In this document: piece after piece, positions 38,851 to 52,663 of the stretch
Layout: each line of letters opens with the position of its first letter
Numbering within the stretch: the stretch's first letter is position 1
Origin: Chiloscyllium plagiosum
Lineage: Eukaryota
DNA: 64,000 nt
Direction: 5' to 3'
Assembly (NCBI RefSeq): GCF_004010195.1
Contig: NC_057719.1
Span: 67,211,065-67,275,064, forward strand
Notes under the pieces: generated by a model
Seen by the model: only the letters and a program-made list of their open reading frames with translations
The model's database searches: none
What the model was told of the DNA's origin: nothing
Program-made: the position numbers and the translations under genes

Positions 38851-41331
38851 CAGTAGATGGAAAATAAATTATTAGTGTTTTGCTTAAGTACTAAGAAATA
38901 GTTATCACACAGTGCGTTTGTAAAGAATTACAGTATCATAAACCACCCCTTTCAACTTGAGCACTTGTATTTCTGACTCTAGTAGTAACACCTTGAAAAT
39001 GGATAAATGCTGATTTCACAGGCAGTAAACCTCAATGGGAATCTGGTCATGCAGATATAAAGGTATTCAACTTGATGTGCATCAATCATGCATTAATAAT
39101 GCAATACAATCTTAAAAGAAAAAGTGTATGTTTCTAACCTGAGAGCTGAAATTTCAGCAATTATAATGCCTTTTCAATTACCTAAGCTGCAGCATCTATA
39201 TGGATTGTTCATTTGGACCACTTTCCCTTTGTTGATTATGTTCTAATGGGAGATACCTGACCATGGGCATTAAAGTAAGAGGCCAGATTTGCTGTTAATT
39301 CAGACAATTATATCCGAGTGTGCTGTGCGAAATGCCCTGTGAGAACGGTAGTATTGTCGACTGATTTGAAACAATAGATTTAACATACCTGGTCAGACAT
39401 GTGACACGTGACTGCTTGGTTCACCTCTTCTAACCTGGGCCAGTCATGTATGAATGCTTATTATTACAACATTGTTTATAAAAAGCTTTATGAAGGGCAA
39501 CTCTGAGTGATATTTGTGAATTTTTAATCCTTTCATGCAGATGTGATAATAACTTTTAAATATAAAACAGATTTGTGTGAACAGTTATGGGGTATGGCCT
39601 TTTGCAAAGGAAAATTTCATCCTTATTTAGCTTCATTCAGACATCCCTGATCACTGGTTCTTGATTACATATAGCTATTGCTGTGGACTAATGATTTCTA
39701 CAGAACTCTGTTAAAAGTCAGGTGTGGAAATCCCCAGGGGACTAAACCTGGTACTCCCATAAACTTGCACTAAATTTTATTTTATAGTAAACTCCCGTGG
39801 CATCGGCACTTACCAATGGTAAGCAATGAAAGGGGCATTTTCTTTAAGGCAGTCAAAATGCACTGTCCACACATTTTCAGGGATTGCGAATGGGAGTAGA
39901 GATGGTGCTGGTAGTGGATCTAATTAAAGTTGAATAATTGAAACGTTTCACTCATTTTCTTTTCCTGCTTTTATGTACTTGAGACACTATGTCAAAATGT
40001 AAAATTTAAGTCCACACATTGCGGTAAAGCACTTTCATACAAGTCAAGCATAAATCCATATACAAGGCACATTTTGGTAACTACTCCATTTTATTGTACA
40101 ACACTTGACAGAACAATTGCATAGTTCATTAGTAAGTCATTGTAGTATAGTTGTCCCCAATCTCTTTGGTTAATTACATTTTAACATGTTTTTTTTCATA
40201 GAGAATGCAGACATGACATACATACATCAAATAATTGCAAGTTGCACTGTTCGAAAGCCACTTTTGTTTAAAACTAATACCATATACAAGGAACATATTA
40301 AACAGTGACAAATATATGGAAGCAATGCAATGTATTGGTAGACTATGTAACACATACTTCTGCAAATTTTCAATAAGTTGGAAGGGCATTCAAAAATAAT
40401 TTTGAGGTAATAAAGTACTGAAAGTTGCTAATATTGTTGTTATCAAAGTGCTTTTTTTTTAACAAATTGAGTTAATTGAACTTCTATACCATCAGTTCAA
40501 GGTGACTTTCTGACCATTTAATCCAATGACTATACCATTTCTGAGCTCAATGTCTCAGAAAATAAAACACTCCTCTCTCAGAAAAGGTGTGGGGAGGTGC
40601 TGGACAGGCAGGATGAGGGGAGCAAAGTCAACTGGTGCTTCTTCTACCTAGGTCACCACAGACAAAGAATGACCAATTTGTTTGAACAAAAATTAGCATC
40701 CAATACTGTGGTAACTATTGAACAGCTATACATCAATTGAACAGCTACACATCTTTAGGAGAGGAAGGAAGAAAAAATTGAAAGAGTGTATGGGAGAAAA
40801 GGGGTGAAAAGCATGTTTCAATCTGTGAAAACTGAAAAAGGTTCCAAAAATATTGTTACCTAAGTAAGAAAAAACCAAAGGTACAGTTCTGATTATTTAT
40901 ATTAGTAGCTGTGACTAGAAATACCCATCAGTGAATCAATTTTTATTGTCACTCTGTTATTTTTTAATACAGTTAGAATGTAACTCCCATTATGATCATA
41001 AATATTCTATTGACATTTTCTCTCAACTTATTATAATTCTGACAGATTAACTATTGGCCAACTGGATAAAAAGATCAAACAAAGATCAAAGGGAGTTGAC
41101 AGTGATGAAACTGAAGGGACATCATATTTCAGATAAAGCTGATCAGAATGTTATGTTTTCATGAACACCTTTGTTACATCAACCAATCTGCAAATGTTGA
41201 ATTAGGCATCAAAAGATTTTATAATAAAATTTATTATCTATTGGAAGCACAAATTTTCACCTTTCTCTGCCCAGAAGCTCATACCAAACTGAGGAAGAAC
41301 CTAGCTTTAGGTATTTTATAATCAATCTGTT

Positions 41332-41468
41332 CAGATAGGAAGTGTTTGGAGGGATATGGGCCGGGTGCTGGCAGGTAGGACTAGATTGGGTTGGGATATC
41401 TGGTCGGCATGGATGGGTTGGACCAAAGGGTCTGTTTCCATGCTGTACATCTCTATGACTCTATGACT
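41332..41468 (+). mobile_element. CR1/HER1 3' tail
   Basis: Near-identical to 29255-29388. Confidence 0.9.
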
Positions 41469-42107
41469 GTATGTGTTATGACACACCTCTACAGCAGGTG
41501 GGACTTGAACCCAGCTCCTCTCATCCAGAGGTGCGGGCACTTCCAGGATAACCCTCAAATCAACTCCACAATTAAACAACTTTTTTTTATTTACAGAAGT
41601 GCATTTATACACCTCTGAATGTATTTTTTCACCATTAAATCATCTGTGTTACTTTTGTCCTTTAATCTCCACCACTAATTCACCCGTGTTTATGAAACAA
41701 GACCAATTTATAGGCAAAGCCTGTCAGAGGCAGCACAAGCAACACCAAAAGTGTAGGAAAAGGAGGGAGCCAACATCAAGATAGAGTTAGGGAAGAAAAA
41801 GGCATTGCAACCTCTGTGGCACCCCCATCACTCTCTAAAGGCATCAAGAAAGTTGAGGGTCACCACGTGCTCCATCTTCAAGAACACTCAGGCACAGATG
41901 CAGCATTGAAGGGGACAGGCAGTTGTGAGTTATGACCTTTGTTCCATGGCCTGCTGCCTCGCCACTTTGACCAGCCCCAGAGCAGATTCAAGAGCAGGTC
42001 CTCCAACTTGCCCACTTTCCTCGGTGGACCCAAGATCATTTTTCTTATGAGCTCCAATGAGCGTCATTTGTACTAATCAATTCTAGAGTTATTCAGTTTG
42101 ACACTTG

Positions 42108-42210
42108 AGGGATCTTGTAGCACAGTTGTAGGGTCTCTATCTCTGAGCCAGGAGGCCCAGGTTCAGTCCCACCTGCCCTAGGTAATAATGTCCCTGATTA
42201 GACAATATCT
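42108..42210 (+). mobile_element. tRNA-headed SINE fragment (third family)
   Basis: tagcacagttgtagggtctctatctctgagccaggaggcccaggttcagtcccacc; related reverse copies near 7745-7800, 41473-41545 and 48340-48410. Confidence 0.55.
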
Positions 42211-42914
42211 TCTGCTGGACCCTTAAAGCAACCTCTGTTTCTTACTCTGGAAATTTAAGAGCAATTCATACTGCATTGAAAGAAACTGTTCGCTCACTAG
42301 AATGCAGGAGTCTTCTTTGTGGAGCACATTAAATTGGCAAAGGAAATCCCTCAGACTATTTTAACTTTGCAACTATTAGATGTTGAAAATAATATTGCCC
42401 TAAAATAACATTTGCAGCAAGTCTTCAGTTAAAGCACTCTGACTGTCCAACATGAATTATAATGTAACAAAATGGGAAGAACAGTAATCTGGAAATGACC
42501 ATTTTAAAAGATTTATTTCAAGGGCATAATTAGTGAAAACCATGACAGGAACCTGACTTTGGCCACTGGAATTAAAACAGAGGAAAATTCAATTTTATAA
42601 ACAAGTCTTAGTTATATAAGTAGGTGTCTGGCCAATGAATTTAACTTGGCTGCAGACTAACCTTTTGAGTTTTTTCTTTGCAGTCAACCAGAACTGTTCT
42701 AAACTTAGGTGAAATGGAACCAGATCCAAATAGAAGAATGTAAGAAAAACAGCAGCAGGGGTGAGAAATGAATTCAAACATTTTATGCAATTAAGGGGAT
42801 TAACATGAAATAAAACTAAAGATTGGATGAAGGTGAAAATGGAAGGTATAGCTTAGAGGGGGAAAGTTCAAAACTGGGAACATAACTAAGACAGGATGAG
42901 GTTGAAATAAAAAT

Positions 42915-43340
42915 TGAAAGAGCCGCAGATGCTGTAAATCAGAAACAAAACCAGAAATTGCTGGAAAAGCTCAGCAAGTCTGGCAGCATCTGGGATGAGA
43001 AATCAGAGCTAATGTTTTGGTTCTGGGTGACCCTTCCTCAGAACTGATAAAGGGAGGAAAATGTTGGTTTATAAGCAGAAGATAGGATGGGGAAAAGAGT
43101 TAAGGAGTAAACGATAGTTGGGAATGGACCCAAAGAGAGAGAAGTATAGTTGTACTGACAAAGGAGTGTATAACAATCTGGCTAGGAGGGTGAACAGCTG
43201 TGTATGGAAATTGTTAGTGACTAACAATAGGTGGTGTGTAATCACATGTGACAACAAAGCCTGGTGTGTGGGGTAGGGGGCCAGGACATGGGAGAGTTCA
43301 GGCCCTAAATTTATTGAACTTGATATTAAGTCCAGAGGCT
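42915..43340 (-). mobile_element. PLE 3' fragment with decayed hammerhead-like motif
   Basis: Reverse complement has cctctggacttaatatcaagttcaat (GLNIKFN, GIY-YIG C-terminus) and ttctgaggaagggtcacccagaaccaaaacattag. Confidence 0.75.
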
Positions 43341-43467
43341 AAAATGTTCTTTTAATTTAACATTTCTAATAAAATATCAATGTTTGATTTAAATTAAAAT
43401 GGTAATGACATTTATTTATTCTTGGATGATCTCAAAAACATCAAATTCCCTGGACAAAAAAACCCGT

Positions 43468-43659
43468 AAAAAACTCTGAATGCTGGAAATCAGAAACAAA
43501 AACAAAAACAGAAATTACTGGAAAACCTCAGCAGGTCTGTGGAGAGAAATTAGAGTTAATGGTTCAGGTTCAGGTTCAGTGACCCTTTTTCAGAACAGAG
43601 AATGGTTCTGAGGAAAGGTCACTGGAGGCAAAATGTTAACTCGGATTTCTTTCCACAGA
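43468..43659. mobile_element. Palindromic PLE-terminus derivative
   Basis: tgtggagagaaattagagttaa...cagtgaccctttttcagaac / gttctgaggaaaggtcactg...ttaactcggatttctttccaca form an imperfect inverted repeat. Confidence 0.75.
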
Positions 43660-45052
43660 AGGTAAAGGACCCAGGGTGGTGGTGGGTTGCTTTTCAGACT
43701 GGAGGCCTGTGACAAATGGTGTGCCACAAGGATTGGTGCTGGATCTACTGCTTTTCGTCATTTGTCTAAATGATTTGGATGTGAACATAGGAGATGTGGT
43801 TAATAAGTTTGCGGATGATGCCAACATTGGAGGTACAGTGGATAGTTGAGAAGGTTATCTCAAAGGACAAGGGGATCTTGATCAGATGGGCCAATGGGCT
43901 GAGGAGTGGAAGATGGACTTTAATTTAGATAAATGTAAGGTGCTGCATTTTGGAAAGCAAATCAGGGCAGCACTTATACACTTAATGGTAAGGTCCTGGG
44001 TGTATTGCTGAACAAAGGGACCTTGGAGTGCAGGTTCATAGTTCTTTGAAATTAGAGTCTAAGGTAGATAGGATATTGAAGGCGGCGTTTGGTATGCTTT
44101 CCTTTATTGGTAAGAGCATTGAGTATAGGAGTTGGGAGGTCATGTTGTGGCTGTACAGGACATTGGTTAGGCCACTTTTGGATTTTGTGTGCAATTCTGG
44201 TCTCCCTCCTCTAGGAAAGATGTTGTGAAACTTGAAAGGGTTCAGAAAAGATTTACAAGGATGTTGCCAGGGTTGAAGGGTTTGAGCTATAGGAGAGGCT
44301 GAATTGGCTAGGGCTGCTTTCCCTGTAGCTTCAGAGGCTGAGGGATGACTTTATCGAGGTTTATAAAATCATGCTTAGATTATATTCCCTACAGTGTGGA
44401 ATCAGGCCCTTCGGCCCAACATCTCCACACCGACCCTCCGAAGAGTAATCCACCTGGACCCATTTCCCTCTGACTAATGCACCTAACACTATGTGCAATT
44501 CAGCATGGCCAATTCACCTGACCTGCACATCTTTGGACGGTGGGAGGAAACCGGAGCACCTGGAAGAATCCCATGCAGACACGGGGAGAATGTGTAAACT
44601 CCACACAGACAGTTGCCCAGGGGTGGAATTGAACCCGGGACCCTGCCGCTGTGAGGCAGCAGTGCTAACCACTGAGCCACCATGCCGTCCATCATGAGGG
44701 GTGTGGATAGGGTAAATAAACAAGGTCTTTTCCCTGGGTTGGGCGAGTCCAGAAGTAGAAGGGATACGTTTAGGGTGAGAGAGGAAAGATTTAAAAGGGA
44801 CCTAAGGGGCAATATTTTCATGCAAATGGTAGTGCATGTATTGAATGAGTTGCCAGAGGAAGTGGTGGAGGCTAGTACAACTACAACATTTCAAAATCTT
44901 CTGGATGGGTATACGAATAGGAAGGACTTAGAGTGAAATGGGCCAAGTTCTGGCAAATGGGACTAGATTAGGTTAGGATGTCTGGTCGGCATGGATGGGT
45001 CAGACTAAAGGGTCTGTTTCCGTGCTGGATATCCCAATGTCTCTATGACTCT
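43660..45052 (+). mobile_element. CR1/HER1 3' portion with nested SINE
   Basis: ggtgtgccacaagga (GVPQG), tttgcggatgat (FADD), ORFs 44028-44228 and 44682-44936; tail ctatgactct. Confidence 0.92.
44374..44690 (-). mobile_element. HE1-type SINE nested in CR1, 6-bp TSD
   Basis: atcatg at 44368-44373 and 44691-44696; reverse start ggacggcatggtggctcagtggttagc. Confidence 0.92.
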
Positions 45053-45189
45053 AGTGCTGATATTGGGATAGTGGGAGTTGGATGTTTGGCAGTGATTCAC
45101 TGCACTAGATAACTGCCTAGTGTTTCACTTATTGTATTTTCTCTTTTGAAATGCTCGGCAGTACCATCAATGCTTGCCCTAATATGTGT

Positions 45190-45352
45190 CGAGAGTGTGG
45201 TGCTGGAAAAGCACAGCAGGCCAGGCAGTATCCGTGGAGCAGGAGATCAGTATAAGCCCTTCATCAGGAATGAGGCTTGTGGGCCGGGGGACTGAGAGAT
45301 ACATGGGATGGGGGTGGGGCTTGGGGGGAAGGTAGCTGAGAAAGTGATAGGT
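45190..45352 (-). mobile_element. PLE terminus fragment
   Basis: gtgctggaaaagcacagcaggccaggcag...gcccttcatcaggaatgagg is reverse-homologous to 4940-5150. Confidence 0.8.
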
Positions 45353-48300
45353 GCCCTAATGTGGCCTGGCATAGTCCCTAATTCGATGGTAACTATGGAA
45401 AGAGGTAATCCCTCACATTTTCCATGATTACCACCTTGGCAATCGCACATGTCAGGAATGCCAGTCGACGACAGGCACCCAATGTTCCTCAGTGTGATGG
45501 AAAGAGAGAAAAAATATTATGTTGGTAAATCAGATTGCATGTGACTAAACATGTCAAGGTGCAGTTTTATTTAAGTTTACGTACTGGATTTGTATGAGAG
45601 ACAACAATATTACTTTTTTCCTTGAAGCTGCTTGGTATATTTAACCTAGCAGAGTGATATGAATTCTGCAGCAGGAACTAGATTTGCTTTTTCTCATTCT
45701 CTAAGCTCCCAAGTGTAGGAGATAATGCCATAAGGGATCTGCCTGAATAGAATCCCCCAATAGTCAGTGGGTTTGAGAGTCAGAAAAGATTCCACCCATT
45801 ACTTCCATTGGCAATTCCACTGGGAAGTTGCAACTTATATTAACTTTTCTTTACTCTTTACACATCTTTGCAGTTCCATCAGTTTCTGCTTTAATTATAT
45901 TGCATTGTTTAGTTCTCATAATGTAACCAAAGTGGTAGCAATACATATCAATTAACATGAAAAATGTAGCCCCGCCCAAAACTGATATTGAAAACATAAA
46001 TCAACATGACAGTAATCTTACAGTGAGAAGGCAGTCAGTACTGGTCAAACCATTACATTTGTACAAAATGGAACTTAGAAAAAGAGAAGCATTTGTAAAA
46101 GACTGATCCCACCTTTCTTTGTATTGTGTTTGATGTGATGCTTCCCATAAAGTAATCATGAATTGCTTGTTTCTGAAAGATCAAGAGCTGAATTTCAAGA
46201 TTTTTTATTAATCAAAATGTTTTAAGTTCAACAATGTGGCAGTGGCAGAATTAATTGTGGCTTTTAAAGGGAAACTGCATAATTATCTGCAGAGAAAACA
46301 ATTGCAGTGGTACAGAGAAAAGATGGGACAATTGGATTTGCTGCATTGCTCTTACTGGCAGTGACATGATGGGCCAAATGGGCTCCTACTGTGCTATTTG
46401 CTTCCATGGTTGAAGTTATCAAGTTGATTGCATATATGACTTGTTGAGATAACAAATTGGATATTTTGGCTTGTGGTTCTGGTTGTTCAACTTTTAAGCC
46501 AGGTTATAATGTTTAATTAGCTATAAGTAAATAACATTCCATCTGATAGATTAACACTACATCTGTTTAGATTCATGATCTTGTCTCTTTTTATAGTTAG
46601 TATCAATTTATAGACTCTCAGAATGGTTATGAGGAAGTTTGAGGCACAGTGGCCAGTTGCTCTGCCTCTGATCCAGGAATTTGTAATTCATGTCCAACTC
46701 CAGGACCTGTTGGTCAAGGAAGGTGCACTCAAAACTTGGCCAAACAGTGTTGTATCAAAATTAAAATCTTTACAGCACATGTCAAAGGCAGTCTCTTAGA
46801 ATGAGAGATTTTTCTGGTCAGTCATGCCATGAAAGAAATAGGAGCCATTACCATCAATATCCATTGCTCTAGTGATAATGTAGATGTAAAAGTGTATGTT
46901 GGCACAAATAAATTTGAAAGGCAGTGCAGATCAGTTGGTTCAACCCCTATTTCACCAGGGTGGAATTAGGGACCTCCCTCCTTGATGGAGAGTGTGGTGG
47001 TGTGATTTGGATATACCTACAGGGCAAAAAAAAACTCAAGAAGGATGGTCGTAGCATAGTAGGAGGCAATTTGTAATAATGCCGGTAAGAGCAATGCAAC
47101 AAATTTAATTCTCCCACCTTTCCCCCATATCGCTGCAACTGTTTCCTCTTCAGACAATTACACAATTCCCCTTTAAAAGCCATGATTACTTTTACCACCA
47201 CCTCATTCCTAGGTTGTGTCTTAAAGATCTTAACTGGTCACTATATTAAAAAGTTCCTCCTCTAGTTGGCTCTTTTGCCAACCACTTTGTCTAGTGATCC
47301 TTGATCTTTCTGCCACATGGGAACAGTTTCTCCCATTCTACCTTGTTCAAACCCCTCATTGTTTACTATCCATTAAGAGTTACAATGACAATATTAATAA
47401 GATAAACTGACTGTAAACTTTTCAGATTGTAATTACACCCTTGTGCCAAGTGGCACTGCTTCAGTTGTGGCTCTGAGAGCTGGATTTAGATTATGCAGTT
47501 TGAATATACCTAGTGTGCTTAATTTCCTAGGATGATTCAGTACCAGTCAATTTCATTGAGAACATGCTTACCTTTATGTTTCATACTTTATACTCGGTAG
47601 CGTTGTTTCAAATATTTTTCATAAACTACAGGACAAACTTCAAAGACTGTGCAGTGACATTTGTACCAATGTTGCTTTGAAAAGTTACAGAGAGCCACTG
47701 CAGAGATGTGTGTGCATGTGAGAAACAGAGAGAAAGGCAGATAAAAATCAGGGCTCCGGTTACACACCTGTTCTGGCTTTTGTTCCCTGTTCTACACACA
47801 TCAGAAAGTGGATACACTTGGGAGAAAAGAGGAATAGTTGGTTAATATTACTTCCATTTTTAATTGAGCACATGAGATGAATTGCAAATCAACCTGTGTT
47901 TGCTTAACATATAGAAAGGTCAAAGAGTTTTCTATATGTCTGCGTAAGAGGCAGATTCACACTGTAGTCAAAGAATGAGGGAATGAAAGAGAACATTCAG
48001 ACAGACACCGTAGGGTCACTAGTGGTGATCCATAAAGCCCTAAGTCAGAGAAAGATGAGAGAAGTATGAAAGTGTTCCTTCTTAATACTAATTTAATATT
48101 TTAATGTTTGAATCTAATGGGAATGGATAAGAAGAGAGGGGGACATTGGAAGGAAATACACTTTTACATCTATATTGTCACTGGAACTCTGGATATTGAT
48201 GGTATTGGCTCCAATTTCTTTCACTGCTTAGCTGACCAGAAATCTCTCCCACTCGTACCAGTCTGTCATTGACATGTGTTGTAAAGATTTTTAGGTTGAT

Positions 48301-49984
48301 TCAATGCTGTTTGGTTAAGTTATGAATGCATCTTCCTTGACCATCGGGTCCTGGAGTGGGATTTGAGCTGCAAACTTCTAGATTAGAGGCAGGACAACTG
48401 GCCACTGTGCCATGAAATTTCCTCACGACCATTCTGGGGGTCTATAAATTGGCACTAACTATAAATAGAGGCAAAAGTATACATCTAAACAGATGTAATG
48501 TTCATCAATTAGATTACATGCTGCTCTATTTGCTTAGAGTTCAAGGACATGAAAAGTTTATTGCCATTTGCCATTTATTCTTGGAGCAAGTGGGAATGGG
48601 TACAATCGAATAAAGGGCAGTAAATGGAGTGGCAAATGACAGCAGAGCAAGAAGACATAGTGGTTGAGTGAAGATCTTAAAAGTGAAGTGCTTGTGTTAG
48701 TGATAAGGCTAATGGCCTGAAGGAAGTGGAGAAAGATAAGAGGAAGGTATAAATAATTGAGGGAACCAATGCAAAAGTGTCTGCTGAGGGCTACATTTTT
48801 CTTGTACTGCTGATATCAAATGCAGCTTACTGTTTTTAGTGGCTCCTTTATTGAACAGAGCAGAAAAATAAATGAAGAATCAGAAGGGAAAAAGACAAAA
48901 GAAAAGTAGAAGAGCATTGAGTGAATGAAACAGTGACCTATAAACAGTAAAGAGCAGAGACATGTAAGGGACTGATTATATTGTCCAACTTATCACTGGC
49001 AATATTGAGGGAAATTATGAATGTTATATGTTGATGTTGCATCATATTTGATGATGCGTTGCATCATATAAGACTGGAATGTGATGACTTTTTTTACAAA
49101 TTTTGCACAGACAAAACTGGGACAAATTATATGCAATGTACCAACTGAATGCCGCAGTAGTTTGCAAATAAAGTGCCAGTTGCTTCAAACTACTAAGGAT
49201 AAATAATAAGAGCCAACTCCAAATGAACAGGCAATAAATGCCAAAGATGAATTAATGCAATTACTTCAATACTTCCAGGAACATATCCTTCTAAATTCAA
49301 AAATTTGCAAACTAAACATGGAAGGAAGGCAATTCTCAAACAAACCATTAAAATCTAAAATATATCTGTTCATCATTGATACTCTCAAATTTCTACCAGA
49401 AGCAAACCATTCACGAGCGTCAAATTCATCTCAAAATTTAGGTCCTATCTTTGGCCTCGGTTTGACTTCATGTTGTGCCTGTAATATGGAAGCATTTGAC
49501 ACCAGCATTTTCATTGTCAAAAAGTACAATCCAGACATCTGTCTTAACATCACACAGCTGACCACAACATCAACTGTCATAAAGGACCGTCCCCACATCC
49601 CCCCTCCCACCACCCAAACACACCCGCCCCAACCAGTGACTTCAAGGGACCACAAAGTAGTTAGAATTGCTTTGCTTTGCAAGTTGCCAGAAGAAATGTT
49701 GTGTATCACTGTCCCATCTGCCTATTGAACTGGATAGCTGGAAGAAACTCTACTGCTGCCAACCTAATTGTTCCTGCCCTGAGAAATAAGGCTGCAGGAT
49801 GACCTAGTTTAAAACTTGAATATTGAAGGATACATGACACTCAGAATGAGCAGAAAGCTAGGATAAGATAATTAATTAACGATTCTGTTAGCACGAATGG
49901 CTTTAGGCTTGGAGTGCCCTGAGTTCAGGAAACCAAGAGATTTAGGCATTTTGAGTAGAAATGACCAATGATAAAGGGAAGAAT

Positions 49985-50470
49985 TCATTTTTAGGAGTGA
50001 TGTACAGACCCTAAAAAAACCCTATTGTAGGATAAATTGTAAAGCAAGAATTAATGGGAGTTTATCAGAAAGGAGCAACAATAGTTACAGGCCATTTTAA
50101 TCTACATAGAGATTGGAAAAATCAGAGGGACGAAAGTAGCCTAGCTGAGGATTCCATAGAATAGAAACTATCTCATTCCATAGAACAGCAGATTCTAGAG
50201 CCAACCAGAGTGACCATGTGATCAAATATTTCTTTTATTTGAGGGGATGGGAGTGGGTTCAAGTCCAAGTATTTTAACTCTGAATAAGGGCGATTGTGAG
50301 GGCACAAAAGCAGATCTAGCTGAAGTGAACTGGCAAATTAGATTAAAGGATAACACAATAGGTATGCAATGGCAGACAATTAAAGGGGATATTTCTGAAA
50401 ACACAGAAGAGATCTTCATTGGTAAGAAAAATTCCAAGTGAAAATTCAACTTTTCGTCAGTTATATTATA
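49985..50470 (+). mobile_element. Old CR1 endonuclease-region fragment
   Basis: ggagtgatgtacagacc (GV.YRP), ggccattttaatctacatagagattgg (G.FN....DW), ctagctgaagtgaactgg. Confidence 0.55.
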
Positions 50471-52029
50471 GTTAAAAGAAAGAACACACCACTGGGACCC
50501 ACAGAATTACCCTCTCTTTTCTATTAATCCATCCCATCAATCCTATAGCTTTAACACTTCCCAGATCATCATCCAAGCTGCGTATATCTGTATACAATTG
50601 TCTATCTGTTCCCGCTCCCCCAACCCCCTTCCTCCTTAATATCTACGTACAGAGGTGGCGGAAAATACATGGCTCACCCCCTCAAGCCATCATCTGTGCA
50701 GACCCTTGGAAACACAAGTCTATGACTGCAACTGTCATCCCTATGGACTGGTGCCCCTTATGGAGACAAAGAACTGTGGCCTGCTCAGGAGCACCAAGGC
50801 ATGATCCCCCTGTGCAATGCTATCCTAATAAGATCCTGACCATGGCCAAAGTCCAGGACTGGTACAGGAGGCTGCCCTTGACTAACTGTATTGCCCCCCC
50901 TCCCCCTCCCCGATTGATAGAGGCCCCCATTGACTTCAGTGCATACTATTCGTCTAAGGCTTTCAGATATGTTGTACTGTTTGCAGCAAATGCTGCATTT
51001 GGCACAAACAGTGAGACCATGTGGTGCAGGTGTTAGGACATGTCACATTGATGTACGATGAGATGCCTGTGCCCTGAATTGCAGAATACTGTCCAGCATG
51101 TTTACTTGCCTGGTTGTGTGATTGAACCAATTCCCAAGACAAGATACGCTGTGGGGTGCTTGTAAGCACCAGGTGAATACTGTCTGAAAGAGCTAGGAAG
51201 TGAGTCTGGTTTCTCTGTATCCAATGCAGCTGTCCACTGTTGATTGCCAGTGTATCTTTTTAGATTAGTCTTCCCTTGCAAGAGTCAGTGCCAGAGCTTT
51301 GGAATATGCTAAGATGGTGGCAATGACATCCTGAAACTGGAGTACCAATGTCTGTGGTGGAAGGTACTTTGGCTGGTGCTGGTTAATCGTACCCTGTTAT
51401 GCAGTTTGTCCATGGGCAAGATGGAAGTCATTCAGTGGAGGTGGTGAATTGAACTCACCAAGAACTCACTCTAGTTTCCAGGTCAAGTTTTCACAATGGC
51501 TGGTTTGTAAGGCAAGTTTGATAAGATTGCAACCTGTGGTTAGTTGGGCTATTAACAAAGTATTTAATAAACAATCATGTGCATCAATTAGGAGCTCACC
51601 ACTGCCTGGTGAGAATCTCACCATGTCACTGAGAAAAGTGAACAAGGTGCAATGATTTGATCTCAACATCAAGATGGGCCTTGCTGAGTGCCTGACCCTA
51701 TTATCCGCATCGCTCAGGGACAAGATTCCATTAAAAAAAATGCTTCAGCACAATTTGACTTAGTTGTACATTGTTTGCATTTTAATCTCAGTGTTATACT
51801 GTGTAATCGCCAGAATTATAGGCCAAGTGCTGATTGCAGCATCTGAACATAGTTGTTTCTCAGTTTGAACTAAAGGAATTAGTAGATTTTAAATTAGAAT
51901 GGATCCTAATTGGATGAAAGGGGCAGTACAGGTGGTCGTTACTTCTCAGACTATCACCATGGATACTATGTAAAACGTCTAAAAGGTCTCAATAAAGGAT
52001 TGACACAGTCAAATAATCTCAATTGACAG

Positions 52030-52370
52030 ATCACCTTGTTCAGTTTGGATGGAAGAACAAAAGAACAGAGTATTATTTAAATGGACAAAAGCTACAGAAA
52101 GATGCTAAAGGGACTTGTGCATGAAACACAGAAAGCTAGCACATAGGTGCAGAAGGTAATCAGGAAAACTAATGGAATATTGGCTGTTATTTCAACGGGG
52201 GTTTGTGTATAAGAGTAAGCAAGCCTAACTGCAAATGTACAAGGTGCTGGTGAAACCACAACTGGAGTACTGCGAACAGTTTTGCTTCTGTTATTTAAGG
52301 AAAGACATCATTCATTGGAGACAGTTCTGAGAAGGTTCACTAGGATGATCCCTGGCATGGAGAGATTGTG
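52030..52370 (+). mobile_element. Old CR1 RT C-terminal fragment
   Basis: ccacaactggagtactgcgaacagttt (PQLEYC..F); LETVLRRFTRMIPGMERL. Confidence 0.75.
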
Positions 52371-52560
52371 GATTCCTTCAGTGTCACTGGTACAAAATCC
52401 TGGAACTCCCTCCCGAGCAGCATTGTGGGGCTACCTACATGAAATGAACTGCAGTGGTTCATTACGAGCTCACTACGAGCTTCTCATGGGCAATTAGGGA
52501 TGAGCAATAAATGCTGGCCCAATCTGCATTGCCTATGTCCCATAAATGAATTTTAAAAAG
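52371..52560 (+). mobile_element. 3' end of the tRNA-headed LINE family
   Basis: tcctggaactccctccc...cagcattgtggg...gggcaattagggatgagcaataaatgctgg matches 63848-63996. Confidence 0.75.
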
Positions 52561-52663
52561 CTTCTGTTTAACCAGACAGGACAGTTTAAAGAACTGTTTA
52601 GTTTTAGAAGATTACGGAATATGGTGTAATTTGCAAATAAGTATTCAAATAGTTTTAAATAAG

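Noticed and set aside
40717..40754. 19-bp tandem duplication (similar short one near 6039-6070)
   Set aside because: Only two units; ordinary slippage, not a CRISPR-like or regulatory array
50690..51720. Possible old RTE-like remnant (LGHVTLMYDEMP)
   Set aside because: Single weak motif; cannot be supported without alignment
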